Shown: piece by piece, positions 9,924-20,299 of the stretch
How the letters are laid out: every line of letters starts with the position of its first letter
Numbering within the stretch: the first letter of the stretch is position 1
Source of the DNA: an uncultured beta proteobacterium
Lineage (GTDB): Bacteria; Pseudomonadota; Gammaproteobacteria; Burkholderiales; Burkholderiaceae
Direction: 5' to 3'
DNA length: 41,358 nucleotides
Assembly (NCBI GenBank): GCA_903944255.1
Contig: CAJARE010000295.1
Coordinates: forward strand, 1 to 41,358
Translations under genes and position numbers: made by a program
The notes under the pieces: model-generated
Seen by the model: the letters and a program-made list of their open reading frames with translations, nothing else
What the model was told of the DNA's origin: nothing
Database searches by the model: none

Positions 9924-9937
9924 AGCGTATTAAGACC

Positions 9938-10963
9938 ATGCTAAATGCGGCTGATCAAGCACTGATTCATGATCTAGTGGGCGCACCTTCGCTATCACAG
10001 CGACGTGCACTTGCTAAGATTATTACCTTGCTTGAGTCCACACGCTTGGACCACCGCAAGCGTGCAGATGAAGTACTAAATGCATTACTCCCTAAAACAG
10101 GTAAATCATTTCGTATTGGAATTTCAGGTGTACCGGGAGTGGGTAAATCCACCCTAATTGAAACACTAGGTCTCTATTTGATAGATAAAGGCCATCGAGT
10201 TGCAGTATTAGCGATTGATCCATCATCCAGCCTATCAGGTGGATCTATTTTGGGCGATAAAACTCGGATGGAACGTTTATCTGTTTTAGAAAACGCTTTT
10301 ATTCGTCCTAGTCCATCGTCGCTCACTCTGGGCGGCGTTGCTGAAAAAACTCGCGAAGCGATGTTAGTTGCTGAAGCCGCAGGATTTGATGTTGTCATTG
10401 TAGAAACCGTTGGGGTCGGTCAAAGTGAGATTGCCGTTTCAGGTATGACCGATATGTTTGTTTTACTACAACTTCCTAATGCGGGAGATGACTTACAGGC
10501 AATCAAAAAAGGTGTCATGGAGATTGCCGATTTGATTGTTATCAATAAAGTGGATCTTGATCCCAATGCCGCAATGAGAGCTCAGGCATTTATCACTAGC
10601 TCACTTCGCTTGCTTGGTTTTCAGGGTAATCCTGATCATGCATCACACGATCAAGAGTTTTGGCATCCTACCGTAATGACTCTGAGTGCTCTCGAAGGTA
10701 AAGGCGTGCCAGAGTTGTGGGAAAAGATTATGCATTTTCAGCATTTACAAAAAACTAATGGCAAATTCGATGCACGTCGTCAACAGCAAGCTGGGGCCTG
10801 GATGTGGGATCGCATTGAGGCGGGCCTTAAAAATGCATTTCGAAATAATGTAGCGGTGCAAGAGTTGCTCCCTACCTTAAGCGCCCAAGTCAATCAAGGA
10901 ACAATGACAGCGTCTGTAGCAGCAAGGAGGCTCTTGGAATCCATGGGCCATGAATTTTTCTAA
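9938..10963 (+). CDS. meaB: MeaB/ArgK GTPase, methylmalonyl-CoA mutase chaperone
   Basis: GVPGVGKST, DPSS, GDKTRM, ETVGVGQSE, INKVD. Confidence 0.95.
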   Translation: MLNAADQALIHDLVGAPSLSQRRALAKIITLLESTRLDHRKRADEVLNALLPKTGKSFRIGISGVPGVGKSTLIETLGLYLIDKGHRVAVLAIDPSSSLSGGSILGDKTRMERLSVLENAFIRPSPSSLTLGGVAEKTREAMLVAEAAGFDVVIVETVGVGQSEIAVSGMTDMFVLLQLPNAGDDLQAIKKGVMEIADLIVINKVDLDPNAAMRAQAFITSSLRLLGFQGNPDHASHDQEFWHPTVMTLSALEGKGVPELWEKIMHFQHLQKTNGKFDARRQQQAGAWMWDRIEAGLKNAFRNNVAVQELLPTLSAQVNQGTMTASVAARRLLESMGHEFF

Positions 10964-10972
10964 GGAATAAAA

Positions 10973-12505
10973 ATGAAGGAAATCATTCAACAGCTAGAAG
11001 CCAAGCGTGAGCTTGCCCGCTTAGGCGGTGGTCAAAAAAGGATCCAGTCACAGCACGCTAAGGGGAAATTAACTGCACGTGAGCGAATTGAGCTTCTTTT
11101 AGATGCCGGCACTTTTGAAGAATGGGATATGTTTGTAGAGCACCGTTGCCATGATTTCGGTATGGGTGAACAAACTGTTCCAGGTGATGGTGTTGTTACT
11201 GGTTATGGAATGATTAACGGTCGCTTGGTTTTTGTATTCTCACAAGACTTTACGGTCCTGGGGGGCTCTTTGTCTGAAGCTCATGCAGAAAAGATCTGCA
11301 AGATCATGGATCAAGCTCTGAAAGTGGGTGCCCCTGTTATTGGATTAAATGACTCAGGTGGTGCACGTATTCAAGAGGGCGTTGCATCTCTTGGTGGATA
11401 TGCAGAAATTTTCCAGCGCAACGTTACTGCATCTGGCGTTATTCCCCAGATATCTTTAATTATGGGTCCATGTGCTGGTGGTGCAGTCTATTCCCCTGCA
11501 TTGACAGACTTTATCTTTATGGTCAAAGATAGTTCTTATATGTTTGTGACAGGACCTGAAGTTGTCAAGACTGTAACCCATGAAGATGTGACTGCTGAAG
11601 AGTTGGGTGGTGCAGTCACGCACTCTACGATATCCGGAGTCTGCGATCAGGCATTTGATAATGATGTTGATGCCATCATGATGCTACGTCGCTTCTTTAA
11701 CTACTTGCCGCTCTCAAATCGTGAAAAGCCACCATTAATTAAAGGTGCAAACCGCACCGAGGAGCCGGATTTTTCTCTAGATACATTGGTGCCATCCAAT
11801 CCAAACCAACCTTACGATATGAAAGAGTTGATTGCAAAAATTGTGGATGATGGTGAATTTTTCGAGCTACAACCCGATTACGCTAAAAACATTGTGATTG
11901 GTTTTGCACGTATGGAAGGACGTTCAATAGGCGTTGTTGCTAACCAGCCTCTAGTGCTGGCTGGTTGCCTGGATATCAAAGCCTCCATTAAAGCAGCCCG
12001 CTTCGTTCGTTTTTGTGATGCTTTTAATATTCCTGTTGTGACTTTGGTTGATGTGCCTGGATTTATGCCAGGTACCGCTCAAGAATATGGTGGGATTATT
12101 AAACATGGAGCTAAATTACTCTATGCATATGCTGATTGCACTGTGCCGAAGGTGACATTAATTACTCGAAAAGCCTACGGTGGCGCCTATGATGTAATGG
12201 CTTCTAAACATTTACGTGGTGATGTGAACTTTGCTTGGCCTTCTGCCGAGATTGCAGTAATGGGCCCTAAAGGTGCAGTAGAAATTATTTTCCGAGAAGA
12301 AAAATCGAACTCAGAAAAGATTGCAGCACGTGAGCTGGAATACAAATCTAAATTTGCCAATCCTTTTGTTGCCGGTCGAAGAGGTTATATCGATGACGTC
12401 ATCCTGCCGCATGAAACTCGCAAGCGTATAGCACGCTCTTTAGCGATGCTTAAAGATAAGGATTTAAAAAATCCAGCGCGTAAACACGGCAATATTCCTC
12501 TGTAA
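10973..12505 (+). CDS. pccB: Propionyl-CoA carboxylase beta (carboxyltransferase) subunit
   Basis: [42 protein letters not shown]. Confidence 0.95.
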   Translation: MKEIIQQLEAKRELARLGGGQKRIQSQHAKGKLTARERIELLLDAGTFEEWDMFVEHRCHDFGMGEQTVPGDGVVTGYGMINGRLVFVFSQDFTVLGGSLSEAHAEKICKIMDQALKVGAPVIGLNDSGGARIQEGVASLGGYAEIFQRNVTASGVIPQISLIMGPCAGGAVYSPALTDFIFMVKDSSYMFVTGPEVVKTVTHEDVTAEELGGAVTHSTISGVCDQAFDNDVDAIMMLRRFFNYLPLSNREKPPLIKGANRTEEPDFSLDTLVPSNPNQPYDMKELIAKIVDDGEFFELQPDYAKNIVIGFARMEGRSIGVVANQPLVLAGCLDIKASIKAARFVRFCDAFNIPVVTLVDVPGFMPGTAQEYGGIIKHGAKLLYAYADCTVPKVTLITRKAYGGAYDVMASKHLRGDVNFAWPSAEIAVMGPKGAVEIIFREEKSNSEKIAARELEYKSKFANPFVAGRRGYIDDVILPHETRKRIARSLAMLKDKDLKNPARKHGNIPL

Positions 12506-12517
12506 AGGCGCCAAAAT

Positions 12518-14557
12518 ATGATGGCCACGAAAATGTTTAAGAAAATATTGATTGCTAACCGCGGCGAGATCGCATGCCGTGTAATACAAACAGCGAAAAA
12601 GTTGGGAATTAAAACAGTTGCGGTTTACTCCGAGGCTGATAAGGAAGCTCGCCATGTGCAACTTGCAGACGAAGCCATTTTTATTGGGCCAGCGCCTTCT
12701 CGTGAATCCTACTTAGTGATAGATCGTATTATTCAAGCCTGTAAAGATACAGGCGCCCAAGCAGTTCACCCTGGTTATGGCTTTTTATCTGAAAATGAAC
12801 AGTTTGCTAAACGTTGCGAAGATGAAGGCATCGTCTTTATTGGTCCTAAGTATCAATCTATTGCAGCGATGGGTGACAAAATTGCCTCTAAGAAGCTTGC
12901 CATTGAAGCTAAGGTAAATACGATCCCTGGTCATAACGCAGCTATTGCTACTACTGAAGAAGCTGTCAAGATCGCCCAAGGTATTGGTTACCCTGTCATG
13001 ATCAAAGCTTCAGCGGGAGGTGGTGGTAAGGGACTGCGTGTAGCTTCTAATGATAAAGAGGCTGCGGAAGGTTTTGCGGCCTGCAAGACAGAGGCGATGA
13101 ATAGTTTTGGTGATGACCGTATTTTCATTGAGAAATTCGTTGAAGGTCCGCGCCATATTGAAATTCAAGTATTGGGTGATTCACATGGCAATGTAGTTTA
13201 TTTGAATGAGCGTGATTGCTCTATACAGCGCCGTCACCAAAAGGTCATCGAAGAAGCGCCTTCACCGTTTATCGATCCCGCTACCCGAAAAGCTATGGGT
13301 GAGCAAGCTGTAGCGTTGGCAAAAGCAGTGAACTATCAGTCAGCAGGCACTGTTGAGTTTGTTGTTGGAAAGGATAAGTCTTTCTACTTTCTTGAAATGA
13401 ATACGCGCTTGCAGGTAGAGCATCCAGTGACTGAGAGCATTACTGGCCTTGATTTAGTTGAGCAAATGATTCGCGTAGCTGCAGGTGAGAAGTTAGCATT
13501 TAAACAGGAAGACGTTAAGCTCGATGGCTGGTCTATGGAATGCCGCATTAATGCAGATGATCCATTTCGTAATTTCTTGCCATCCATTGGACGCCTGGTG
13601 AAGTACCGCCCTCCAGAATCTATCAATGGGGTACGCGTAGATACCGGCGTTTATGAGGGTGGCGAAATTCCAATGTATTACGACTCGATGATTGCTAAAT
13701 TGATTGTGCATGGCAAAGATCGTAGCGAAGCAATTCATAAAATGCGTGCGGCATTGAACGATTTTGTGATTCGTGGAATTCATTCCAATATTCCATTTCA
13801 AGCTGCTTTATTGCAGCATCCCCGTTTCATTTCGGGCGATTTCACAACTGGCTTTATTGCAGAGGAATATCCTGAGGGCTTTAAGAAGGACTCAGTACAA
13901 CCGGCAGATCCAAAGCGGATGGCTGCCTTAGCTGCTTTTATGCGTTATCGCTATCTTGAGCATATCAAGATGATAGATGGCCAATTAGCAGGCCATGAGA
14001 TGGTCATTGCCAAGAAATTCGTTGTAGTTACTGGTGCCCAAGTTGGATCTATGAAGGATCCATACGAAGTTCCTATTCGGGTAGAGCTCAAAGATAGTAT
14101 CTACTCAATCTATATCGAAGAGCCTGATGCTATTAGTCGTTACGACATTGTTAGTGATTGGCGACCAGGACAAATTTGTCTTAATGCAACAATTAACGGC
14201 ACTCAAAAAGTAACTGCTCAAGTTGAGCGTCGTGGAGTTAAATTTTTATTAGTATTAGATGGCGCACACTATGAATGCATGGTTTTAAGCCCTTTAGGCG
14301 CTGAGCTGCAACGTCGAATGCCAGTAAAAATACCGCCCGATACCTCTAAATTAGTGATATCTCCTATGCCAGGGCTACTCACTAAAATGGCTGTAAAGGT
14401 GGGTGATATTGTTACTGGCGGTCAGAAATTAGCCTCAATTGAAGCCATGAAAATGGAAAATACAATTTCTGCTATTCAGGATGGAGTGGTCGCTGAAGTA
14501 TGCGCTAAAGAAGGAGAAAGCTTGGCAGTCGATCAGTTAATCCTTCGCTTTAAATAA
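12518..14557 (+). CDS. pccA: Propionyl-CoA carboxylase alpha subunit (biotin carboxylase plus biotin carrier)
   Basis: [29 protein letters not shown], biotinylation motif EAMKM. Confidence 0.95.
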   Translation: MMATKMFKKILIANRGEIACRVIQTAKKLGIKTVAVYSEADKEARHVQLADEAIFIGPAPSRESYLVIDRIIQACKDTGAQAVHPGYGFLSENEQFAKRCEDEGIVFIGPKYQSIAAMGDKIASKKLAIEAKVNTIPGHNAAIATTEEAVKIAQGIGYPVMIKASAGGGGKGLRVASNDKEAAEGFAACKTEAMNSFGDDRIFIEKFVEGPRHIEIQVLGDSHGNVVYLNERDCSIQRRHQKVIEEAPSPFIDPATRKAMGEQAVALAKAVNYQSAGTVEFVVGKDKSFYFLEMNTRLQVEHPVTESITGLDLVEQMIRVAAGEKLAFKQEDVKLDGWSMECRINADDPFRNFLPSIGRLVKYRPPESINGVRVDTGVYEGGEIPMYYDSMIAKLIVHGKDRSEAIHKMRAALNDFVIRGIHSNIPFQAALLQHPRFISGDFTTGFIAEEYPEGFKKDSVQPADPKRMAALAAFMRYRYLEHIKMIDGQLAGHEMVIAKKFVVVTGAQVGSMKDPYEVPIRVELKDSIYSIYIEEPDAISRYDIVSDWRPGQICLNATINGTQKVTAQVERRGVKFLLVLDGAHYECMVLSPLGAELQRRMPVKIPPDTSKLVISPMPGLLTKMAVKVGDIVTGGQKLASIEAMKMENTISAIQDGVVAEVCAKEGESLAVDQLILRFK

Positions 14558-14568
14558 GAGGGGATTGT

Positions 14569-15048
14569 ATGTCTGATATAAACGTTAAGCCATTCAAGAT
14601 TTTGGGAATTCAGCAAATTGCTATTGGTGGCGAGGATAAAGAACGTCTCAAAAAATTATGGGTTGATCTTTTGGGCTTTCAATTTAAAAGCACTTTTGTC
14701 TCTGAGCGCGAAAATGTTGATGAAGATATTTGCTCTATCGGAACAGGCGTTAATGAAATTGAAGTAGATTTAATGCAGCCACTTGATATTGAGAAAAAGC
14801 CGGCAGTTCAGCATACCCCTCTCAATCACATTGGTTTATGGGTTGATGATTTGCCAAAGGCGGTTGAATGGCTAAGCGCTAAGGGTTTGCGTTTTGCACC
14901 AGGCGGCATTCGTAGAGGAGCTGGTGGTTTTGATATTACTTTCATACATCCTAAAGCGAATGATGATTTTCCTTTCAGTGGTGAGGGTGTATTGATTGAA
15001 TTAGTGCAGGCACCTCCAGAGATCATTGCGGGGTTAAGCTCATCATGA
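14569..15048 (+). CDS. VOC-family protein, probable methylmalonyl-CoA epimerase
   Basis: Glyoxalase/VOC features ([24 protein letters not shown]) and operon context. Confidence 0.8.
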   Translation: MSDINVKPFKILGIQQIAIGGEDKERLKKLWVDLLGFQFKSTFVSERENVDEDICSIGTGVNEIEVDLMQPLDIEKKPAVQHTPLNHIGLWVDDLPKAVEWLSAKGLRFAPGGIRRGAGGFDITFIHPKANDDFPFSGEGVLIELVQAPPEIIAGLSSS

Positions 15049-15077
15049 AGTTCGCCTCTAAAAGATGAGAGCTTGAA

Positions 15078-15815
15078 TTGACGCGTATATTAGCTATCGA
15101 TACTTCGTCTGCTTGGTGTTCTGTGGCTTTGAGTATAGATAACAATGAGCCGCTGTTTCGGCATGATCCCGTTTCTGCTGGTGCCAGCCAATTGTTGCTG
15201 CCTTGGATCGAAGAGATGCTTATTCAAGCAGATATCTCTTTACATGATTTAGATGCCATCGCCATTGGAGTAGGTCCCGGAGCATTTACGGGCATCCGTT
15301 TAGGCCTTGCTGTAGCGCAAGGACTGGCAATCAGCTCAAGACTACCAGTGCTGCCGGTAGCTAGCTTAGATGCCATTGCTTCACAGCTTGCTCTATCCCC
15401 TCAATTTAGATCAAGCCATTCAAGTATTTTTGCTGTTGCTGTAGATGCTCGTATGGACGAGATTTATTGGGCTAAATACCAAACGTCAGATCTAGGCTTA
15501 CCCACCAGACTTGGCGATATTCAATTAACAAAGCCTGAAAAAATAGAGTTAAGCGGTGTTCAATTTATTGCTGGTAGTGCTATCAATGAATATGGTGAGC
15601 GACTTTTTACGTCCAATTCTTCAAAGCTATCTGCACCATTTCTTGATGCAAAGATTGGAATATCTGCACTCGGCGTATTAGATTGCGGGAAAAAAGATTT
15701 GTTAGATGGCAAGCAAATCGATATCTCTGATCTAGAACCGCTATATATTCGAAATAAAGTAGCTCTCACTACTGAGGAGCGCTCAATACTTTATAAAGCC
15801 GAGATATCAAGCTGA
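15078..15815 (+). CDS. tsaB: tRNA t6A biosynthesis protein TsaB
   Basis: ILAIDTS, GPGAFTGIRLG, DARMDEIY, LEPLYIR. Confidence 0.93.
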   Translation: MTRILAIDTSSAWCSVALSIDNNEPLFRHDPVSAGASQLLLPWIEEMLIQADISLHDLDAIAIGVGPGAFTGIRLGLAVAQGLAISSRLPVLPVASLDAIASQLALSPQFRSSHSSIFAVAVDARMDEIYWAKYQTSDLGLPTRLGDIQLTKPEKIELSGVQFIAGSAINEYGERLFTSNSSKLSAPFLDAKIGISALGVLDCGKKDLLDGKQIDISDLEPLYIRNKVALTTEERSILYKAEISS

Positions 15816-16351
15816 TGTCAAGCCAAGATCATTCCTCAATCGATGGCGTTGCTGAACTTTCATTCATGCCAATGCAGATAGCTGATTTAGATGCTGTTTT
15901 AAAAATTGAATTGGTTTCTCATAGACATCCATGGACCAGTGGAAATTTTCATGATTCATTAAAAGCTGGGCATTGGGCTTATTGCATTCGCCCTCAAGTA
16001 GATCAAGCGATTAAGGGCAGTTTTTTAGATCCCAATGTACTTTGGGCTTATTGCATCTTATATCCGGCAGTCGATGAGCTGCATTTACTAAACATTACTG
16101 TTTCACCAAATCTGCGTAAGCTAGGATTGGGCAGCAGAATGATGGCTGCCATTGAAGGTGTTGCAGCAGGGCAAAACATACCTAGAATGATTCTGGAAGT
16201 AAGACCCTCCAATCTTGCTGCCGTCAATCTATATCAAAAATTAGGATACGAGCAAATTGGCCTTCGCAAAGCTTACTATCCAGTTGATCAGATTACTGGG
16301 TCTCGTGAAGATGCTCTGGTTTTGGCAAAATCGATTAAGCTTGAGTTATGA
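15815..16351 (+). CDS. rimI: Ribosomal protein S18 alanine N-acetyltransferase
   Basis: HPWT, DELHLLNITV, LEVRPSN, RKAYY, REDA; follows tsaB. Confidence 0.92.
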   Translation: MSSQDHSSIDGVAELSFMPMQIADLDAVLKIELVSHRHPWTSGNFHDSLKAGHWAYCIRPQVDQAIKGSFLDPNVLWAYCILYPAVDELHLLNITVSPNLRKLGLGSRMMAAIEGVAAGQNIPRMILEVRPSNLAAVNLYQKLGYEQIGLRKAYYPVDQITGSREDALVLAKSIKLEL

Positions 16352-16878
16352 GCAATACAAACACTAGCTATCTGAAAGAGATGGGAATCACTTCATGGAT
16401 TAGTCGTGATTCATCTAGCATTGCAGAAATATCTTCAACCGCTGTTGAGCAGATATCAAAACCAGTTGATTTATCTAATGCAGATATTCCTGCTCGTTAT
16501 CAATGGTGGTTCTTTGGCGATCCAGTTCAAGGTGAGGCGCAATTACTTTTTCAGAATATTGTTCGCCTTCTGGAGTTGGCTCCTCATGAATGGCTATGGG
16601 TAAAACCGTCAGACAAGCAAGACCTATTAGGCAAGGTAATCCCCAACTTGCCGACCATTGCTATTGCTTTTGGGGGGCCAGTAGTTCAGAAGTTAACGGG
16701 GGAGCATGATTCATTACCTCAACTACGCGAGACGGTATTGTCTATGAATGGCCAGGGTCTTGAGGACATTCCGGTGCTAGCCACGTTTGATTTGCCACAT
16801 CTGTTGAGTAGACCAAAAGACAAAGCTTTGCTTTGGCAGGACCTACTATTAGCTAAATCGGTGCTCTTGAATCTTTAA
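16348..16878 (+). CDS. Degenerate uracil-DNA glycosylase family 4-like / DNA polymerase III psi (HolD)-like protein
   Basis: N-terminal YLKEMGITSW resembles the psi LQQLGITQW motif; C-terminal ATFDLPHLLSRPKDKALLWQDL resembles UDG4/psi termini; overlaps the rimI stop by 4 nt. Confidence 0.6.
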   Translation: MSNTNTSYLKEMGITSWISRDSSSIAEISSTAVEQISKPVDLSNADIPARYQWWFFGDPVQGEAQLLFQNIVRLLELAPHEWLWVKPSDKQDLLGKVIPNLPTIAIAFGGPVVQKLTGEHDSLPQLRETVLSMNGQGLEDIPVLATFDLPHLLSRPKDKALLWQDLLLAKSVLLNL

Positions 16879-16897
16879 AAATAGATCCTGCAGTCTT

Positions 16898-18217
16898 TCA
16901 GTGTTTATGCTCGCCGATAAGATGCATTGAATCATATTCTGCCTGATTTCTAGCATGGCGTTTAATGACTAGCCACATAATGGCACTAACTGTTACTCCA
17001 AAACCAATGATGACATATTGGATCGGTACATCAAGCCAAATCAGCATGGAATAGACAAGTAGCATGGTGAGAACAGAAATATTTTCATTAAAGTTTTGAA
17101 CGGCAATCGAGTGCCCAGCCGACATCAAAACATGGCCTCGATGTTGCAAAAGAGCATTCATGGGCACAACAAAGTAACCCGCTAACCAGCCGACTAAAAT
17201 CAAAAGAAAATAGGCAGGTAATAAATTTAATGAGATTTCAAATTTACCTACCGTCATGAGGGTGGTGTTGGGCAGCATATCGCTGTGATAGATGGCCAAT
17301 AAACAGACAATCAATCCCATGACCACACCATACGGCAGGACATTTAATGAATTACGCAAAGGAATACGCGAGGCCGCCCAAACTGCACCACCTGCTACTC
17401 CAACCGCCGAAATAGCTTGCAGGATCGCACCTTGAGAAAGATTCATATTCAAAGCAACTTGAGCCCACTTAATGACGATGAACTGTAAAGTAGCACCGGC
17501 ACCCCAAAACAAGGTAGTAACAGCTAAGGATATTTGACCTAAGCGATCATTCCAAAGTGTCTTAAAGCAGATTGAGAAATCCTTGATCAGTTCAATAGGA
17601 TTGGTTTTCTGAGAAACATAGCGCGCGCCAGTATCAGGAATTTTAAGATTAATGAGCGCTGCAATGACATAAATCATCATGATGATCATGATGGCTGATT
17701 CTGCGGGGGTATCAACACCCGTTTCTAAAACAGGAATGTCTAAAGATAAAAGACTTTGAGAAACAGTGCTACTAATTAGAACCCCGCCTAATACAGTGCC
17801 TAAAATAATGGAGCCTACCGTTAAGCCTTCGATCCAGCCATTGGCGGCAACCAATTTTTCTGGCGGAAGCAATTCTGTCAAAATTCCATACTTGGCAGGT
17901 GAGTATGCAGCTGCACCAAGACCAACAATGGCATAAGACAGTAAAGGGTGACTACCAAATAGCATGGCAACGCAACCAACAAATTTGATCGTGTTTGTGA
18001 TGAACATGACATTGCCTTTAGGGCGGGAATCCGCAAAAGCACCGACAAACGCAGCAAGCACTACATAAGACAATACAAAGAACAATTTGAGTAGCGGTGT
18101 CATCCAGGCCGGAGCATTGAGCTGGACCAAAAGGGCTATAGCAGCAATTAGAAGAGCATTATCAGCAAGCGACGAAAAAAATTGCGCCGCCATAATGGTG
18201 TAAAAACTGCGGTTCAT
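16898..18217 (-). CDS. lplT: Lysophospholipid transporter LplT (MFS)
   Basis: AQFFSSLADNALL, AYSPAKYGILTE, TTLFWGAGATL, SIAVQNFNEN; multiple hydrophobic segments. Confidence 0.92.
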   Translation of the reverse strand: MNRSFYTIMAAQFFSSLADNALLIAAIALLVQLNAPAWMTPLLKLFFVLSYVVLAAFVGAFADSRPKGNVMFITNTIKFVGCVAMLFGSHPLLSYAIVGLGAAAYSPAKYGILTELLPPEKLVAANGWIEGLTVGSIILGTVLGGVLISSTVSQSLLSLDIPVLETGVDTPAESAIMIIMMIYVIAALINLKIPDTGARYVSQKTNPIELIKDFSICFKTLWNDRLGQISLAVTTLFWGAGATLQFIVIKWAQVALNMNLSQGAILQAISAVGVAGGAVWAASRIPLRNSLNVLPYGVVMGLIVCLLAIYHSDMLPNTTLMTVGKFEISLNLLPAYFLLILVGWLAGYFVVPMNALLQHRGHVLMSAGHSIAVQNFNENISVLTMLLVYSMLIWLDVPIQYVIIGFGVTVSAIMWLVIKRHARNQAEYDSMHLIGEHKH

Positions 18218-18266
18218 TCGTACAATCTAGTCATTAATGTAATTAAAGCATGAAAGGGGGGTAAAA

Positions 18267-19391
18267 ATGGGTAGTCCAACTGATTCTCTAATCAATAGAC
18301 CAATTGTGGCATCTATTTACACCGAGGCCTTTCGACATAATTTAAACAGAGTTCGTGAGCTAGCGCCTGAATCTAAGATTTGGTCTGTCATCAAGGCTAG
18401 AGCCTATGGCAACTGCTTTGATGCTGCCATTATCGGTTTAGCCTCTACTGATGGCTTTGCTTTACTCGATATAGCAGATGCACGTTGGCTTAGAGAACAT
18501 GGCTGGAATGGGCGTATTTTGCTGCTAGAAGGCCTTTTTCATCAGAATGAAATAAACATCGCCCAAGAATTAGGCTGTGATCTTGTGGTTCATTGTGAGG
18601 CCCAAGTTCAATGGCTAGAGCAATTTGAAGGTAAAGCCCATAAGCCCTTTAATGTCTTTTTGAAGATGAATTCCGGGATGAACCGACTCGGATTTAAACC
18701 ACCGCAATATCGAACCGCATTTCATCGTCTTCACAGTGCGGGCTATCACATGCACCATATGACCCATTTTGCAAATGCTGATCAGGTTGATCAGCAACCT
18801 TCAGTTGGCTATCAAATGGAGATTTTTAGTCAAACGATTGATGGTTTAGAGGCTCCAACATCTTTAGCTAATTCCGCGGCTATTTTGTGGCACCGAAGTG
18901 CACTGGGAGATTGGGTACGACCCGGCATCATGCTGTATGGAGCATCTCCCACAGGTAATTTTAGTGATATTAAGCATGCGCAATTAAAAGCAGTAATGCA
19001 TCTAGATAGTGAAATTATTGATATTCAAGAGCTGGAAAAAGGTGACCGAATTGGTTATGGTGGCCGCTATTTAGCTCCAGAAGCAATGAGGATCGGAATA
19101 GTAGCCTGTGGCTATGCTGATGGCTATCCACGTCATGCTCAAGATGGCACGCCGGTTTGGGTCTTTAATGCAAGAGATGATGGTAGCGGTCTAGTCTGCC
19201 CAATTGTTGGTCGAGTATCGATGGATATGTTAACAATTGACCTTCGTCAAGCCCCCAATGCAGTGATTGGAACGGCAGTCGAGTTATGGGGTGAGCAAGT
19301 GCCGGTAGATGATGTTGCACAAATGAGCGGCACGATCGGATATGAGTTACTGTGCGCAGTCGCGCCCCGAGTGCCTGTTGTCATTAAATAA
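18267..19391 (+). CDS. alr: Alanine racemase (Alr/DadX family)
   Basis: PLP lysine motif VIKARAYG, NSGMNRLG, HFANAD, RPGIMLYG, IGYGGRY, GYADGYPR, GRVSMDM, GTIGYE. Confidence 0.93.
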   Translation: MGSPTDSLINRPIVASIYTEAFRHNLNRVRELAPESKIWSVIKARAYGNCFDAAIIGLASTDGFALLDIADARWLREHGWNGRILLLEGLFHQNEINIAQELGCDLVVHCEAQVQWLEQFEGKAHKPFNVFLKMNSGMNRLGFKPPQYRTAFHRLHSAGYHMHHMTHFANADQVDQQPSVGYQMEIFSQTIDGLEAPTSLANSAAILWHRSALGDWVRPGIMLYGASPTGNFSDIKHAQLKAVMHLDSEIIDIQELEKGDRIGYGGRYLAPEAMRIGIVACGYADGYPRHAQDGTPVWVFNARDDGSGLVCPIVGRVSMDMLTIDLRQAPNAVIGTAVELWGEQVPVDDVAQMSGTIGYELLCAVAPRVPVVIK

Positions 19392-20279
19392 TTATTTATT
19401 CCAAATTTGCCACCATTTACGCTCTTTTTTACTGCGCATACCAGTCTGAAGCATAGGGCTATCAGGAAAATTTAACTTGAATACACGTGCTGTATCGTTA
19501 CTTAATTCGACCATACCCAGTTTTTCATACGACTTGTACAGTATATAAAGCGCCTCTTCAACCGCAGGGGCACGATCATAATCCCGTATCGCTAGCTGGG
19601 CACGATTAGCAGCAGCTAAATAAGCACCTCTTTGATAGTAAAAGCGTGCAACGATCACATCAGCTTCTGCTAGAGAGTTAACGATATAGCGCATCCGATC
19701 CAAAGCATCTGGCGCATATTTACTATTGGGGAAACGTTCTACTACAACCTTGAAGGATTCGAATGCATCTTTTGCTGCTTTTGGATCACGCTCACTGAGA
19801 TCTTGACCAGTAAATCTACCCAACCAACCTAGATCATCATTAAATGTAATGAGACCCTTAAGATAGTATGCGTAATCTAAATTTTCATTGCCTTGGTGTA
19901 ATTTGATAAAGCGATCAATTGCAACCAATGCTTGGGCTGTTTCTTGTGCCTTCCAGTAGCAATAAGCACCATTAATTTGAGCTTGCTGAGAATATGGCCC
20001 AAATGGAAACCTGGCCTCTAATTTTTCGAAATACTTACCGCACTTAGCAAAGTCAGCACTATTAAGCTTATCGATCGCCTCTGAATAAAGCTTGGTCTCT
20101 GACCAAATATCAGTATCGTCTTTTTGACCTTCGCTACCGGCACAACCACTTAAGATTGTGATCGCCAGCAAACTGATTAAAAAAAGGACAAAAGAAAGAA
20201 AGCTTGAAGGAAAGCGAGATTTTGGTGGTGCAGAATTCACAGTAAGCCTTAAACTGGCGTCTGAAACTATGTCGGACAT
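19392..20279 (-). CDS. bamD: Outer membrane protein assembly factor BamD (lipoprotein)
   Basis: Lipobox LSGC, RFPFGPYSQQAQ, DYAYYLKGL, FPNSKYAPDA, AAANRA; divergent from rluD. Probable start ATG 20279. Confidence 0.92.
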   Translation of the reverse strand: MSDIVSDASLRLTVNSAPPKSRFPSSFLSFVLFLISLLAITILSGCAGSEGQKDDTDIWSETKLYSEAIDKLNSADFAKCGKYFEKLEARFPFGPYSQQAQINGAYCYWKAQETAQALVAIDRFIKLHQGNENLDYAYYLKGLITFNDDLGWLGRFTGQDLSERDPKAAKDAFESFKVVVERFPNSKYAPDALDRMRYIVNSLAEADVIVARFYYQRGAYLAAANRAQLAIRDYDRAPAVEEALYILYKSYEKLGMVELSNDTARVFKLNFPDSPMLQTGMRSKKERKWWQIWNK

Positions 20280-20299
20280 AACTAAAAGGCTTCTTAAGC

